The notes: generated by a model from the letters alone, not told the origin. A stretch of 64,000 nucleotides of DNA from Acidobacteriota bacterium (GCA_965263035.1 OZ253580.1:2752001-2816000), one strand, 5' to 3'. Counted from the stretch's first letter, positions 30,660 through 42,706 are shown. A program made the numbers and translations.

Positions 30660-31796
30660 ATGCCGGAGAGAATGGTTGCGGTTCGCAAGGTGCGGCCCGG
30701 GAAAGGCTTCGATGTCGTGGAGGTTCCTCTCCCGGAACTGGACCGGGACCAGGTCCTGGTCGGAGTCGAGGCGGCCAGCATCTGCGGGACGGATCTCCAC
30801 ATCTGGAATTGGGACGACTGGAGCGCCCAACGAATCCGTCCCCCATTGACCCTGGGCCATGAATTCTCGGGAACCGTCGTGGACGTGGGAAAGGCGGTGA
30901 GCCGGGTGCGGGTGGGAGACTACGTCTCCGCGGAGAGCCACATCACCTGCGGAATGTGTTTCCAGTGCCGGACCGGCCAAGCCCACATGTGCCCTTCGAC
31001 CCGAATCCTCGGCATCGCCATGGACGGGGCGTTTGCGGAATACGTGGCGGTTCCGGAGAAGGTGATCTGGCAGAACGACCGATCCAAAATGTCTCCGGAG
31101 GTCGCCAGCCTGCAGGAACCCTTCGGCAACGCCGTCTTCGCCACCAATGCCCATGACTTGTCGGGCCAGAGCGTCGCCATTCTCGGGTGCGGCGCCATCG
31201 GCCTGTTTTCCGTCGGCATTGCCCGGGCCTCGGGTGCGGCCCGTATCTTGGCCGTCGACCTGAACGACTATCGCCTGGGCCTGGCCCGGAAAATGGGAGC
31301 TCACCATGTCCTGAACGCCGCCGAGGCCGGTGGCTCGTTGGAGACCGCCGATTGGCTGGTCCGGAACAACGACGGCCTGGGCGTCGACATCGTCCTGGAG
31401 ATGAGCGGGGCTCCGTCGGCCATCGACGCCGCCTTCCGCGGCGTTCGGAACGGCGGCCGGGTCACCTTGTTCGGGATCCCCTCGAATCCGGTGCAGATCG
31501 ACGTCGCCGAACAGATGATTTTCAAGAACCTGACGGTTCTGGCCCTCCACGGCCGCCGTATCTTCGATACCTGGTACCGGACCCGATGGCTGCTGGAAAG
31601 TGGGGTCGTGGACCTCAGGCCGCTCATCACGCGGCAGTTGGGACTGGAGGACATCCACCAGGCCATGGAATTGCTGGCCGGCGGGGAAGCCTGCAAGATC
31701 ATCCTGCGTCCCGGCGCGGATTATTCCCACTTCTCCCGCGCCTCGGTCCCGGAGACGTCCGAAACCACCGCCGCGAGAGGTGCGATTCATCGGTAG
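30660..31796 (+). CDS. tdh: L-threonine 3-dehydrogenase
   Basis: [39 protein letters not shown]; adjacent to kbl. Confidence 0.92.
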   Translation: MPERMVAVRKVRPGKGFDVVEVPLPELDRDQVLVGVEAASICGTDLHIWNWDDWSAQRIRPPLTLGHEFSGTVVDVGKAVSRVRVGDYVSAESHITCGMCFQCRTGQAHMCPSTRILGIAMDGAFAEYVAVPEKVIWQNDRSKMSPEVASLQEPFGNAVFATNAHDLSGQSVAILGCGAIGLFSVGIARASGAARILAVDLNDYRLGLARKMGAHHVLNAAEAGGSLETADWLVRNNDGLGVDIVLEMSGAPSAIDAAFRGVRNGGRVTLFGIPSNPVQIDVAEQMIFKNLTVLALHGRRIFDTWYRTRWLLESGVVDLRPLITRQLGLEDIHQAMELLAGGEACKIILRPGADYSHFSRASVPETSETTAARGAIHR

Positions 31797-31819
31797 CTTC
31801 CCCTTCAGATGGAGAACCC

Positions 31820-33012
<1,193 letters not shown>

Positions 33013-33013
<1 letters not shown>

Positions 33014-33768
33014 TGGCTCTCGAACTGGAGGGAAGGGTCGCGCTGATCACGGGCGCCGCCCAGGGAATGGGCAGGGCCGTGGCGGAGAGAATGGCCACCG
33101 CCGGCGCTCGCCTGGTGCTCAACGACCGGAATCGGCAAACCCTTCGTGCTACCGTCACAGCCTTGGAGGGAAAGGCTGTCGAGTTGGAGGCCGTGGCCGG
33201 CGACGTTTCTTCCGGCGGCGACGTCTCCCGCTTGGTGGAGCAGGCCCTGAAACGCTTCGGCGCTATCCACGTCCTGGTCAACAATGCCGGCGTCCTGAGG
33301 CCGACGCCGGTCATCGAGATCGAAGAGGAGGAATGGGACTGGGTGGTGAACGTCAACCTCAAGGGCACCTACCTCTGCTCGCGGGCGGTGCTGCCCCCCA
33401 TGCGCCGGGAAGGATGGGGACGGATCGTCAACTTCTCCTCTACGGCGGGCAAGAACGTCAGCACCCTTGGCGGCGCCCATTACACGGCCGCCAAAGCCGG
33501 CGTACTGGGGTTCACCCGGCACCTGGCCAAGGAAGAAGCTCCGTACGGGATTACGGTCAACGCGGTCTGTCCCGGACTCATCGACACCGAGATGGTGCGA
33601 AACACCATCGACTCGGAGCGGATACGATCCTACGCCCGGAGCTTCCCCGTCTCCCGCCTCGGGAAGCCCAGCGAGGTTGCCGAGCTGGTGGTCTTCCTGG
33701 CCTCCGATCGAGCGGCCTACATCACCGGAGCTTCACTGGACATCAACGGGGGAGACCTGATGATCTGA
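33013..33768 (+). CDS. SDR family oxidoreductase
   Basis: TGAAQGMG, NNAG, Y.AAK, NGG. Confidence 0.9.
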
Positions 33769-33784
33769 TTTCGGGAGACTTGAA

Positions 33785-34780
33785 ATGAAGATGACCTGGG
33801 AGCTCAGAGACTACGATCTGGAATTCTTTAATCGGGAACTGGATTCGTTCGTCCCCGACACGATCTTCGACGCCCATGCCCACCTGTACGAGTTGGGCCA
33901 CTGGAAAGTCCGGACGGCCCTGGCCGCCGGTCCCGACAAAGCGACCCTGGAGGTGTTTCAGGAGCAGATCCAGTGGATCACGCCCGGCCGGGAGACCCAC
34001 GGACTCTTCTTCGGAGGCGGCCTGTACGAGGGCACCTACCGGGCATCCAACGAATTCCTGGCCCGGGAGGCCGCCAAGGATCCCAAGTCCCGAGGCCAGC
34101 TGATCGTCTCCCCCCGGCAGGATCCGGAGGAAGTGCGGCAAGAAGTGCGCCGCCTCTCCATGGTGGGGCTCAAGGTCTATCATCTCTTCGTCGAGAACCG
34201 CCCCTCGTCCCACGACTCGGAGATCGAGGAGTTCCTGACCGAGGAACATGTGCGCATCGCCCATGAGGAAGGGCTCAGCGTCACGTTGCACATGGTCAAA
34301 CCCCGGGCTCTCGCGGACCCGGGCAACCAAGCCAGAATCCGATATTATTGTGAAAGCTACCCCAACCTGCGGTTGATCCTGGCCCATGCCGGCCGGAGCT
34401 TCAATCCGCACCACACGATCGAGGGGATCCACTCCCTGGAGGGGATTCCCAACGTGTGGTTCGACACCTCGGCCGTCACCGAGGCCGGCGCTTTCGAGGC
34501 CATCGTGGACACCTTCGGCCACGAACGGCTGCTCTGGGGATCCGATTATCCCATCAGTCATTTTCGAGGCCGCTGCGTCGGAATCGGAGACCAGTTCCTG
34601 TGGCTCTATGAGGACTCCGTCGACTGGAAACGGATCTCTCACGTCGAGATTCGACCTTGCCTGGTCGGCATGGAGTCCTTGCGGGCTGTGAAGCTGGCTG
34701 CCACCCGGCTCCGGCTCACCGATTCCCAGGTGGAGGACGTTTTCTGCAACAACGGGCTGAAGCTGTTCGACCTGGATTAA
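33785..34780 (+). CDS. Amidohydrolase-2 family protein
   Basis: DAHAH, ILAHAG, WFDTS, WGSDYP. Confidence 0.8.
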   Translation: MKMTWELRDYDLEFFNRELDSFVPDTIFDAHAHLYELGHWKVRTALAAGPDKATLEVFQEQIQWITPGRETHGLFFGGGLYEGTYRASNEFLAREAAKDPKSRGQLIVSPRQDPEEVRQEVRRLSMVGLKVYHLFVENRPSSHDSEIEEFLTEEHVRIAHEEGLSVTLHMVKPRALADPGNQARIRYYCESYPNLRLILAHAGRSFNPHHTIEGIHSLEGIPNVWFDTSAVTEAGAFEAIVDTFGHERLLWGSDYPISHFRGRCVGIGDQFLWLYEDSVDWKRISHVEIRPCLVGMESLRAVKLAATRLRLTDSQVEDVFCNNGLKLFDLD

Positions 34781-34815
34781 GGAACGATCCCGCGCAGCCC
34801 ACCGGCGGGTCTGAA

Positions 34816-34975
34816 CAGCCCGTGGCAAAAGTCGTCACGGCATTCGACCGGGTCCGCATCGTGCGCGGACTGCGTTGCTCCTCGGTCACATACTCCCGGT
34901 ATGCTCCCTCAGGGTGCCTTGTCCGGCGGGCGCAGCCCCGGTTTCGGTGCTGCGTGGGACTTTCGCCACGGACTG
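34816..34975 (+). mobile_element. MITE-A copy 7 (160 bp)
   Basis: Same termini; flanks TGAA/TTAA. Confidence 0.88.
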
Positions 34976-34986
34976 TTAAGGAGGGC

Positions 34987-35265
34987 ATGACCGACCGGGA
35001 GATCTTGGAGAGACTGGAGGAACTGCTGGCCCGTCTCGACATCGATCTGGTTCGCGAGCAGGGAGAGTTCTCGGGTGGCCTGTGTCGAATTGGAGAAGAG
35101 AATCGATTCATTCTGAACCAGGCGCTGCCTCTGTCGCAGCAAATCGGAATCCTCTGCCGCGACCTCTCGGCCGTGGACCTTTCCCAGGTCTACGTTCTGC
35201 CCGTCCTGCGGGAGATGATCCGTGCCGCCGCTCGGGAAGGTCCCCCTCTTGACCGTCCCCTATAG
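34987..35265 (+). CDS. Small hypothetical protein
   Basis: AAGGAGG RBS, MTDREILERLEELL..GGLCRI..VYVLPVLRE. Confidence 0.7.
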   Translation: MTDREILERLEELLARLDIDLVREQGEFSGGLCRIGEENRFILNQALPLSQQIGILCRDLSAVDLSQVYVLPVLREMIRAAAREGPPLDRPL

Positions 35266-35295
35266 TGATTACGGGCGCCGCGCCGAAAGGAGATC

Positions 35296-36054
35296 ATGGT
35301 GAAAATGCGACCGAACAAGGTAAAGGAGAAGCTGGCCGCCGGCGAAACCGCGTATGTGATCGGAGGGCTGGGAAGCGCCGAGGAGATCGATCAATTTGGG
35401 ACCACCGGTTTCGACGGGGTCTGGCTGGAGGCCGAGCACGGCTCGGTGGACTTCGCGGACATACCCGACCTCACCCGAGCCTGTGACATCTGGGGGATGA
35501 CCTCGATCCTGCGGGTCAACCAGAACGTCCAGTCCATTATCTACCGGGGGCTGGACCGGGGCGTCCAGGGAATCGTCGTTCCCCATGTCAACACCCGGGA
35601 CGAGGCCGAAAACGTGGTCCAGGGCGGGAAGTTCGCACCTATCGGGCAGAGAGGACTGTTCACCTGCCGTCAAGGCTACGGGGTCCCCGATTATTTCGAC
35701 GTCGCCAACGATCACACCCTGCTCATGGTCCTGATCGAGGATATCGTGGCGGTCCGGAATCTGGACGAGATCCTGGAGGTGGACCATATCGACGTCTTCT
35801 TCGTGGCGCCCAGTGACTTGGCGGCTTCCATGGGTCTGATCGGGCAGCTCGGTCATCCCAAGGTGCAGGAAACCATCGATTACGCCTTGGCGCGGATCCA
35901 GCAACGGGGACGTGTGGCGGGCACCTTGGCCATGAACGACACCGTCGCCCGCTACGCCGCCGGCGGCGTTCGTCTGTTTCTGACCGTGGCTGCGCCCTGG
36001 ATCGAGGCCGGCGCCAAGGAGTTCAGGCGGCGCGGCACGATTCCATCAGCCTGA
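35296..36054 (+). CDS. HpcH/HpaI aldolase family protein
   Basis: LEAEHG, LDRG..GIVVPHV, P.GQRG, LIE, F.APSDLAASMG. Confidence 0.88.
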   Translation: MVKMRPNKVKEKLAAGETAYVIGGLGSAEEIDQFGTTGFDGVWLEAEHGSVDFADIPDLTRACDIWGMTSILRVNQNVQSIIYRGLDRGVQGIVVPHVNTRDEAENVVQGGKFAPIGQRGLFTCRQGYGVPDYFDVANDHTLLMVLIEDIVAVRNLDEILEVDHIDVFFVAPSDLAASMGLIGQLGHPKVQETIDYALARIQQRGRVAGTLAMNDTVARYAAGGVRLFLTVAAPWIEAGAKEFRRRGTIPSA

Positions 36055-36118
36055 GCCTGAGGTCGTCCTCAAGGCAAAGTCGTCCGGTGGCACCGGCTCC
36101 AATCGTTTATCATGGAAA

Positions 36119-36408
36119 GGCCGTGCTAGGCGGGGCGTTAGCGGTACCCTGATTCCCTGACAGCCAGGGAGGACTCGCAATCCGCTGCAGCGAGGCTGAA
36201 GACTCCGCTGAGGGTCGCCACCGGGGAACCACTCCGGACCGCCGGAAGGTGTCGAACGTGGGGTCCTCCACAACGGGCGCCCGTGAATCTGGTCAGGTCC
36301 GGAAGGAAGCAGCCATAAGCGGGAATGCACGTGTGTCGGAGGGGTGCTCGACGGGAGCCGGCCGCCGGTCCGGAACTCCGCGGAAGACTCGAAGCGGAGT
36401 GCACGGCC
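36119..36408 (+). ncRNA. ffs: Signal recognition particle RNA, long (Alu-containing) bacterial type
   Basis: Helix-8 motif TCAGGTCCGGAAGGAAGCAGC; terminal helix GGCCGTGC/GCACGGCC; Alu loop-loop complement AGCGG(36140)/CCGCT(36182) as in Bacillus scRNA. Confidence 0.92.
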
Positions 36409-36414
36409 AGGCTA

Positions 36415-37633
36415 GTACCCCATAACATGTAATTGGTCGTATACTATAGTAGGAGGCTGGAGAACTCGGAAGGAGGGGTTCTCATGGCACCACGCTATCG
36501 TGTCACGCTCACTGTGGAAGAGCGCGCGGAATTGAAGGCATTGACCCGGGCCGCGACCAAGACCACCGGCAAGCGGTTCCTGTACGCACGGGCTCTATTG
36601 TTGTGCGACCGCGGGTCGGAGGGGCCGGGATGGACCGTGGCCCGGGTGGCCGAGGCGCTGGGCGTCTCAGTCCGCACGGTCGAGCGCTTGAAACGGCGGT
36701 TTGTGGAGCAGGGTCTGGAGTTCGCCTTGGAGCGCAAGCGGCGGGTGCGGCCGCCGCGGGAAGTCATCTTCGACGGCGTGTTCGAGGCTCGCTTGGTCGC
36801 CTTGGCCTGTTCCCAGGCCCCGCCGGGGCGGAAGCGCTGGACCCTGCGCCTGCTGGCGGAGAAAGTAGTGGAACTGGGCTGGGTCGAGCGGGTGTCGGTG
36901 ATGACGGTGCAGCGGACGCTAAAAAAAACCAACTGCAGCCTCATCGGAAGAAGTATTGGCGGATCCCGCCCCGGGGCAGCGCCGCATTCGTAGCCTGCAT
37001 GGAGGACGTTTTGGAAGTCTATGCCCGTGCCTACCATCCCGGTCGGCCGGTGGTCTGCATGGATGAGACCAACAAGCAGTTGATCGGCGAAGTGCGGGAG
37101 CCGTTGCCCGTGGAGCCGGCCCAGCCGGAGCGGGTCGAGCACGAGTACGTGCGCAACGGGGTCGCGCAGATCTTCCTGGAGGTGGAGCCGCTGACCGGCC
37201 GCAGCCATGTGGAGGCGGGCGAGCGGCGTACGCGCCAGGATTGGGCCCGCTGGATCGAGGGCATGCTGGAGAGGCGATATCCGGAGGCCGAGCGGGTGGT
37301 CCTGGTCATGGACAACCTGAACACGCACGGAATCGAATCGCTGTACGCGACCTACGAGCCCCGACACGCTCGCCAACTGGCGGAACGACTCGAAATCCAT
37401 TACACGCCGAAGCACGGGAGTTGGCTCAACATTGCGGAAATCGAACTGAGTACGCTGTGCGGGCAATGCCTCGACCGCCGCATTCCAAGCTTGGCCCAGA
37501 TGCAACGCGAGATCGAGGCTTGGGTCGGCGATCGGAATCAACGGCAAACCGAGATCAACTGGCAATTCACGACGGAGGATGCACGGGTCAAGCTGAAGAG
37601 CCTATATCCGCAACTTTAAGTGTTAATAGGTAC
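36415..37633 (+). mobile_element. IS630-family insertion sequence
   Basis: TA duplication (36413-14, 37634-35), imperfect TIR GTACC..TAACA, transposase inside. Confidence 0.9.
36484..37619 (+). CDS. IS630 transposase expressed via -1 frameshift (orfA 36484-36993, orfB to 37619)
   Basis: HTH and RWTLRLLA in orfA; CMDE, MDNLNTH, TPKHGSWLNIAEIE in orfB; A8 run at 36921-36928. Confidence 0.9.
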
Positions 37634-37636
37634 TAG

Positions 37637-37674
37637 GAGCCAGCGCCGCAGAAATTGATCTACCGCGCAGACTC
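37637..37674. mobile_element. MITE-B internally deleted copy (38 bp)
   Basis: CTAG-GAGCCAGCGCCGCAGAAATTGATCTACCGCGCAGACTC-CTAG; matches both ends of 11007-11165. Confidence 0.75.
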
Positions 37675-38577
37675 CTAGTCGAGAATGAATTTCGAGACTC
37701 GCCAGTTCTGAATCTCGGCTACGTAGAGTTCCCCCTTCTTGCCCAGCGTCAGGTGGTGGGCGAAGGCGAACCGGCCGGGGGCCCTTCCCTCCTCGCCGAA
37801 GGAGCCGAGGACATTCCCCTCCAGGTCCAGCTTCAGCACCCGATTGTTGTAGCCGTCGCACATGTAGAGCAGTCCGTCCGACCCCATATACAACCCCCAG
37901 GGAGAGCCCAGATGAGTCCACTCGGCGAGGAAACGCCCCTCGGAATCGAAGATCTGGAGCCGATGATTTTCGCGGTCCCCCACGTAGACCTGACCTTGGC
38001 CGTCCACCGCCAAGCTGTGGGGGGCGTTGAACTCTCCCGGACCTTTTCCCTTCTTGCCCCACGCCGTCACGTACTCCCCGCGCGCCGTGAACTTGACGAT
38101 ACGTGAGTTGCCGTAGCCGTCGGATACATAAACCTTCCCCGACGGTCCGAAGGCCACATGGGTGGGCATATTGAATTGAGTCTCACTCTCCCCCGGAGTG
38201 CCCGTCTGTCCCAAGACCATGAGGACCCTTCCCATGGAGTTGAACTTGACCACAACATGAGACCCGATGTCCGTCACCCAGATATTGTCGTCTGCGTCCA
38301 CGGCCAGACCGTGAGAGTCGTTGAGGAGCCCCCGTCCCCACGTCCGCAGGTACTTGCCGCTGGAGTCGAAGCAGAGGACAGGATCGGGGCCCCGGTTGAA
38401 AACGTAGACGTTGTTGGCGGAATCCACGCCAACCCCCGTCGTGATGCCGAAATTCACTCCTTGCGGGAGCTGAGGCCAATCGGCGACGTACCGGAGCGCC
38501 AACTTGGGAAAATCGGCTCCCAGCACCTGAAGCGGAGCCACCACGGACACCAGCAGCGCGATTCGCAAAGAAATCAT
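37675..38577 (-). CDS. Secreted NHL-repeat protein (peptidyl-alpha-hydroxyglycine amidating lyase-like)
   Basis: Signal peptide; repeated F..P..VA.D..G.VYV.D..N.RI..F; SDGYGNSR. Confidence 0.85.
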   Translation of the reverse strand: MISLRIALLVSVVAPLQVLGADFPKLALRYVADWPQLPQGVNFGITTGVGVDSANNVYVFNRGPDPVLCFDSSGKYLRTWGRGLLNDSHGLAVDADDNIWVTDIGSHVVVKFNSMGRVLMVLGQTGTPGESETQFNMPTHVAFGPSGKVYVSDGYGNSRIVKFTARGEYVTAWGKKGKGPGEFNAPHSLAVDGQGQVYVGDRENHRLQIFDSEGRFLAEWTHLGSPWGLYMGSDGLLYMCDGYNNRVLKLDLEGNVLGSFGEEGRAPGRFAFAHHLTLGKKGELYVAEIQNWRVSKFILD

Positions 38578-38620
38578 GATCTTTCCTCGATGTCTTGGAT
38601 CAGGAGGGATTGATTAGAGT

Positions 38621-40852
38621 ATGCTATCACAGTCACTAGCGGGTCCTTCCATGACTGTTTCTGATTCCGGAACCCTGTCCAGAGTCCTTCACGGCTGGGC
38701 TCGGATGTGCCCCGAAGAACCGGTGGTGGCCGGGTCCATGGGAACCTGGCGGATACGCTACCGGGTGGGGAAATACGGCATCGACGACGGAGGAAGAATC
38801 CGTGTCGTCAGGCGTTTCGTGAGTGACTGGGGCCCGCCTCAGACCGACCGGCCCGACCAGGCCGATTTTCTGACCGTCTCCACTTCGGGCAGCGCGCGGG
38901 TCTCGGTCGCTTGCGATCCGCAAGCCCACGTTCGGCCCTGGCAGAAGTCCATGACCGTCTCCGTGAATGACGGGTACCTCCGGGAGGGGGACACGGTCAC
39001 ACTGGTCCTGGGAGATACCTCGTCAGGTGGGCCGGGTTCCCGGGCGCAGACCTTCTGCGAGCCCCGGTTCGAATTCAAGGTCCTGGTGGACTGCTTCGGC
39101 ACGGGCTCATTCGTGGAGCTGGAACCGGTTGGAAGCGTCCCCATAGTGGGTGGTCCGGGTGCCGAGATCCAGTTGATCGTTCCCACCGACGTGGTCCTGG
39201 GAATCCCCTTTCGAGTGTCGGTACGGGTCTTGGACCAATGGGGTAACCCGGCGGATCGCTACCAGGGGGCGCTGGAAACCGGCGACAGTGCAAAACTCTT
39301 CTACGGTCTGCCTTCCCGTCTGACTCTTGAACGCTCCGATCGGGGAATCCTCTGTCTGGACGGCGTCCTGGCTCGGGAGCCGGGGATCTATCGGGTTGAG
39401 GCGGTGGACCCGAAACGCGGCCTGAAGGCCGTCAGCAATCCGCTGCTGGTGAAGCCGCACCAGCCCCGGCGAAGGCGGTTCTGGGGAGATCTCCACGGCC
39501 AGAGCGAGGAGACGGTAGGGACCCTGACGGTGGACGAATACTTCGCGTTCGCCCGCAACAAGGCCTTGGTGGACTTCGCGGGCCATCAGGGAAACTGTTT
39601 CCAGATCACGCCGGAGGTCTGGGACCGAATCCGGGAAACGGTCAGCGCCTACCATGAGCCGGGCCGGTTCGTCGCCTTTCTCGGTTACGAGTGGTCGGGA
39701 CTGACCGCGGGCGGCGGGGACAGGAACGTCTATTTTCGAGGAGACGACGGGCCCTTGTATCGCGCCAGCCGCTGCCTGATCTTGCCGGCCGGCCGGGATG
39801 AAGACCCCGAGTGCTATCCCGTGACGGAACTCTACCAGCGTCTTCGAGGCCGGGACGACGCCCTCATGATTCCCCATGTGGGCGGCCGTTGGGCGGACCT
39901 CGACTTCTTCGATCCCGAGCTGGAGCCGCTGGTGGAGATCTACTCCTCTTGGGGTGAATTCGAATGGCTTCTGGAAGACGCGTTCCGTCGAGGCCACAGG
40001 GTCGGCATCAGTTGCGGAAGCGACGATCACAAGGGCCGGCCCGGCGCCAGCTATCCCGGGGCCGGAACCTTTGGGGTTCGGGGTGGCCTGCTTTGCCTCT
40101 GGGCCTCGGAATTGAACCGCGAGAGTCTCTGGGAAGCCCTTCAGGGGCGCCGCTGCTACGGCACGACCGGGGCCCGCATTGCGCTGGAATTCGAAACCAG
40201 CACCGGGGTTCCCATGGGCGGAGAGGAACGAACACAAGGACCTCCCCGGTTCCGGGTACACGTCGAAGGCACCGGCGACGTCGAGCGCGTTGAGCTGCGA
40301 CGAGGAACCGAGTGCGTGGACGCTCTTCCTCGAGGCGCCGAGATTCCATGTGCGCCCGATACCGTCCGTATCGCCTGGTCGGGTGCGAGAAACCGCGGTC
40401 GGGACCGCGCCGCTCGCTGGGACGGCGTCGTCGAGGCCAAGGGAACCCGAATCGTCGAGGCCACCGGCTACGCCTTCGACTCTCCGGCAGAAGGGATCCG
40501 CGAGATCGGACCAAACCGGGTCTCATGGGAATCGGCAACCAGCGGCGATGCCGACGGCATTCTGTTGAAACTGGATCCCGCCGATGCCGGCGTGCTCCGT
40601 TTCCGGACCGAACGGGTCCAATTCGACGTTGGCCTGGAGAAGTTGCTGGACGCCCCCGTTACCTATTCGGCCGGAGGACTGGACCTGAAGGTTCAGGTCC
40701 AGCGCGAGCCCCTGGGGCTGGGCCGAAGCGTCGAGGCCGAGTTGACGGACCCGGCCGCACCCGCAGGTCCGACACCCTATTTCGTCGTGGTGCTCCAGAA
40801 GGACGGCGCCAAAGCCTGGGCCTCCCCCATCTGGGTCTCGCCGGCTCCGTAA
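38621..40852 (+). CDS. DUF3604-like PHP-fold protein
   Basis: WGDLHGQSEETVGT, GYEWSG..GGDRNV, HVGGR, SDDHKGRPG, AWASPIW; start 38621 or 38651. Confidence 0.75.
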   Translation: MLSQSLAGPSMTVSDSGTLSRVLHGWARMCPEEPVVAGSMGTWRIRYRVGKYGIDDGGRIRVVRRFVSDWGPPQTDRPDQADFLTVSTSGSARVSVACDPQAHVRPWQKSMTVSVNDGYLREGDTVTLVLGDTSSGGPGSRAQTFCEPRFEFKVLVDCFGTGSFVELEPVGSVPIVGGPGAEIQLIVPTDVVLGIPFRVSVRVLDQWGNPADRYQGALETGDSAKLFYGLPSRLTLERSDRGILCLDGVLAREPGIYRVEAVDPKRGLKAVSNPLLVKPHQPRRRRFWGDLHGQSEETVGTLTVDEYFAFARNKALVDFAGHQGNCFQITPEVWDRIRETVSAYHEPGRFVAFLGYEWSGLTAGGGDRNVYFRGDDGPLYRASRCLILPAGRDEDPECYPVTELYQRLRGRDDALMIPHVGGRWADLDFFDPELEPLVEIYSSWGEFEWLLEDAFRRGHRVGISCGSDDHKGRPGASYPGAGTFGVRGGLLCLWASELNRESLWEALQGRRCYGTTGARIALEFETSTGVPMGGEERTQGPPRFRVHVEGTGDVERVELRRGTECVDALPRGAEIPCAPDTVRIAWSGARNRGRDRAARWDGVVEAKGTRIVEATGYAFDSPAEGIREIGPNRVSWESATSGDADGILLKLDPADAGVLRFRTERVQFDVGLEKLLDAPVTYSAGGLDLKVQVQREPLGLGRSVEAELTDPAAPAGPTPYFVVVLQKDGAKAWASPIWVSPAP

Positions 40853-40994
40853 TTTCCTTGGTGTCGTTCGCGTGGGCTCCGGACATCACCGGAGGAAGGC
40901 TCGGCTCTCACTGCTTGCTCCCGGTTCCCATATTCCCTCCGTCACTTCCATCGAGGAATCAGGAAGCGTCACCACAGTTGCATAGACTAGCCGC

Positions 40995-41612
40995 ATGATC
41001 ACTTCCGTTCGCAACGCGCCATCGACCCTGGATTCCCCGCCACCCGTCCGCGGCTACCGGCAGTGTCGCTCCAGAACTCGCCGTCTGGCTCTGTCCGTCA
41101 GCGCCGGGTGGGTCGCGCTGCTGTTGGTCTGCTCTCCGGGAAGCCGGCTGGACGCCGCTACCGACCTCACTCTGTTCGGCGCCTGGGCTCCGGGCGGGAC
41201 TCTGGCGTCCACGAAGCTGAAGGACTTCGCCGGGTTCGGCGCCACCTTCGAGAAGTACTTCGCCATCGTAGGATTCGAGAACACGTTCACCTACTACACC
41301 CGGCCGGTGGACATCACTGGGAGCGGAGATGACGGATTGGCCCTCACCAGCGGCCTGACTCTGAACATCCCCTTCTACGGAAAGTTCGGCTATGTCGCTG
41401 CCGGGGCCGGATTCTTCCGCAAACAGAGTTCCCTTTCTCTGGACCAGGGGACCCGGTTCCTGAGCAACATCGGGGGCGGTGTCAAGCTGCGCAAGCTCGC
41501 GGGCGCACTGGGGCTTCGACTCGATTACAGGCGCTGCAGAATCTCCAATATCAGAGGGCAGGCCTACGGATTCAACCAGATCTCCGGTGGCCTCATGGTG
41601 AGCTTCGACTGA
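40995..41612 (+). CDS. Probable outer-membrane beta-barrel protein
   Basis: Signal-like region, alternating beta strands (N.GGGVK, LRLDYR), C-terminal SF; start uncertain. Confidence 0.6.
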   Translation: MITSVRNAPSTLDSPPPVRGYRQCRSRTRRLALSVSAGWVALLLVCSPGSRLDAATDLTLFGAWAPGGTLASTKLKDFAGFGATFEKYFAIVGFENTFTYYTRPVDITGSGDDGLALTSGLTLNIPFYGKFGYVAAGAGFFRKQSSLSLDQGTRFLSNIGGGVKLRKLAGALGLRLDYRRCRISNIRGQAYGFNQISGGLMVSFD

Positions 41613-41932
41613 TGGCGAATCAGGACCTGCCCGAATTCCTCCAGAGGGTCGTCGAGCGCTATCCTCAGGTGTGGGACGATTACGGCCGTCTCAGCCGGAC
41701 GGTCGGCGGGCTGGAAGGCCTCGACTTCCGTTCTCAACGCCTGGTCAAGTTGGGAATCGCCATCGGCGCCGGCCGAAGGGGAGCCGTTCACTCCCACGCC
41801 CGCAAGTGCCGGAAGGCAGGCCTGTCCAACGCCGAGATCTACCATGCCGCACTCCTCGCCATCACCACCGTAGGCTGGTCCGGCGCCATCGCCGCACTCT
41901 CCTGGATCAACGACGAACTCGGCGAACTCTGA
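41612..41932 (+). CDS. Carboxymuconolactone decarboxylase family protein
   Basis: LD....LVKLGIAIG, GAVHSHARK, TTVG. Confidence 0.85.
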   Translation: MANQDLPEFLQRVVERYPQVWDDYGRLSRTVGGLEGLDFRSQRLVKLGIAIGAGRRGAVHSHARKCRKAGLSNAEIYHAALLAITTVGWSGAIAALSWINDELGEL

Positions 41933-42046
41933 CCTTCGTGAGTCCACAGAAGTTTCGGTGGGGCTGTGAGGATTCAGGCGAGGAGACAGATTGAGGGGCG
42001 GATCCCTGTTTCCATTTTCCGGAAATCAGCAGCTACACGGTACGAG

Positions 42047-42706
42047 CTAGTGAACCGTTTCGGCAAGCCGGCCCTCCAATTCGGGCCGCATCTCCGTCAT
42101 TCGTTTTTCGATGGCCTCGCGAATCCTATAGCTGGCCGCCGCCATGGCGTCCAGAAGACGATCCAGATTGGTGCACTGTTCCAATTCCCGGGTGTCTCCC
42201 TGATTGAGCGTCTCCAGAATCTGTGACACCACCGCCATTAAACGAGCCAATAGAAGACCTAGCTGCGGTTCCAGGGCATCAGGGTCGACTCCACGCTGGT
42301 CCAGCCTGCGGAGCCAGCGCAAATTCCCGTCCAGGATCCAGAGAGCCTGGAAACGATACCGGCCGGCGGTTCGGTCCCGGCCCGGATCGTATTCCTTTTT
42401 GACTTGATGCCAGAGAGACAACACCAATCGTTCCAATTCCTGCAGGTTCCGGCCCGGTCTGGCCCGGCGACCCTCCAACACCCGGCGCACCACCGCGTCG
42501 GGGCTGGACCCACCGCGATAGAGTTCGTCCTTGACATAGGCTTCGACCTCAGGACCTCTCAGGGCCAAGCCCATTGACAGAAGCGCCGTATCCAGCAGGC
42601 TGTAGGAATCGGTTTGAGACGAGCCTACGCTTCGGGTTTCGGAAGTCGGAACATGATCAGTCGCCATACTTTTCGTCAACTCCGGCCTCGCCTCTCCTAC
42701 GGTCAA
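42047..42706 (-). CDS. Hypothetical protein
   Basis: 219-aa ORF filling the gap, helical composition; no family recognised. Confidence 0.55.
   Translation of the reverse strand: MTVGEARPELTKSMATDHVPTSETRSVGSSQTDSYSLLDTALLSMGLALRGPEVEAYVKDELYRGGSSPDAVVRRVLEGRRARPGRNLQELERLVLSLWHQVKKEYDPGRDRTAGRYRFQALWILDGNLRWLRRLDQRGVDPDALEPQLGLLLARLMAVVSQILETLNQGDTRELEQCTNLDRLLDAMAAASYRIREAIEKRMTEMRPELEGRLAETVH

Noticed and set aside
36921-36928. Split transposase as a pseudogene
   Set aside because: An A-run -1 frameshift between orfA and orfB is usual for IS630
36415-37633. IS630 as the mobiliser of MITE-A
   Set aside because: Ends (GTACC) and TA duplication differ from the CAG ends and 4-bp duplication
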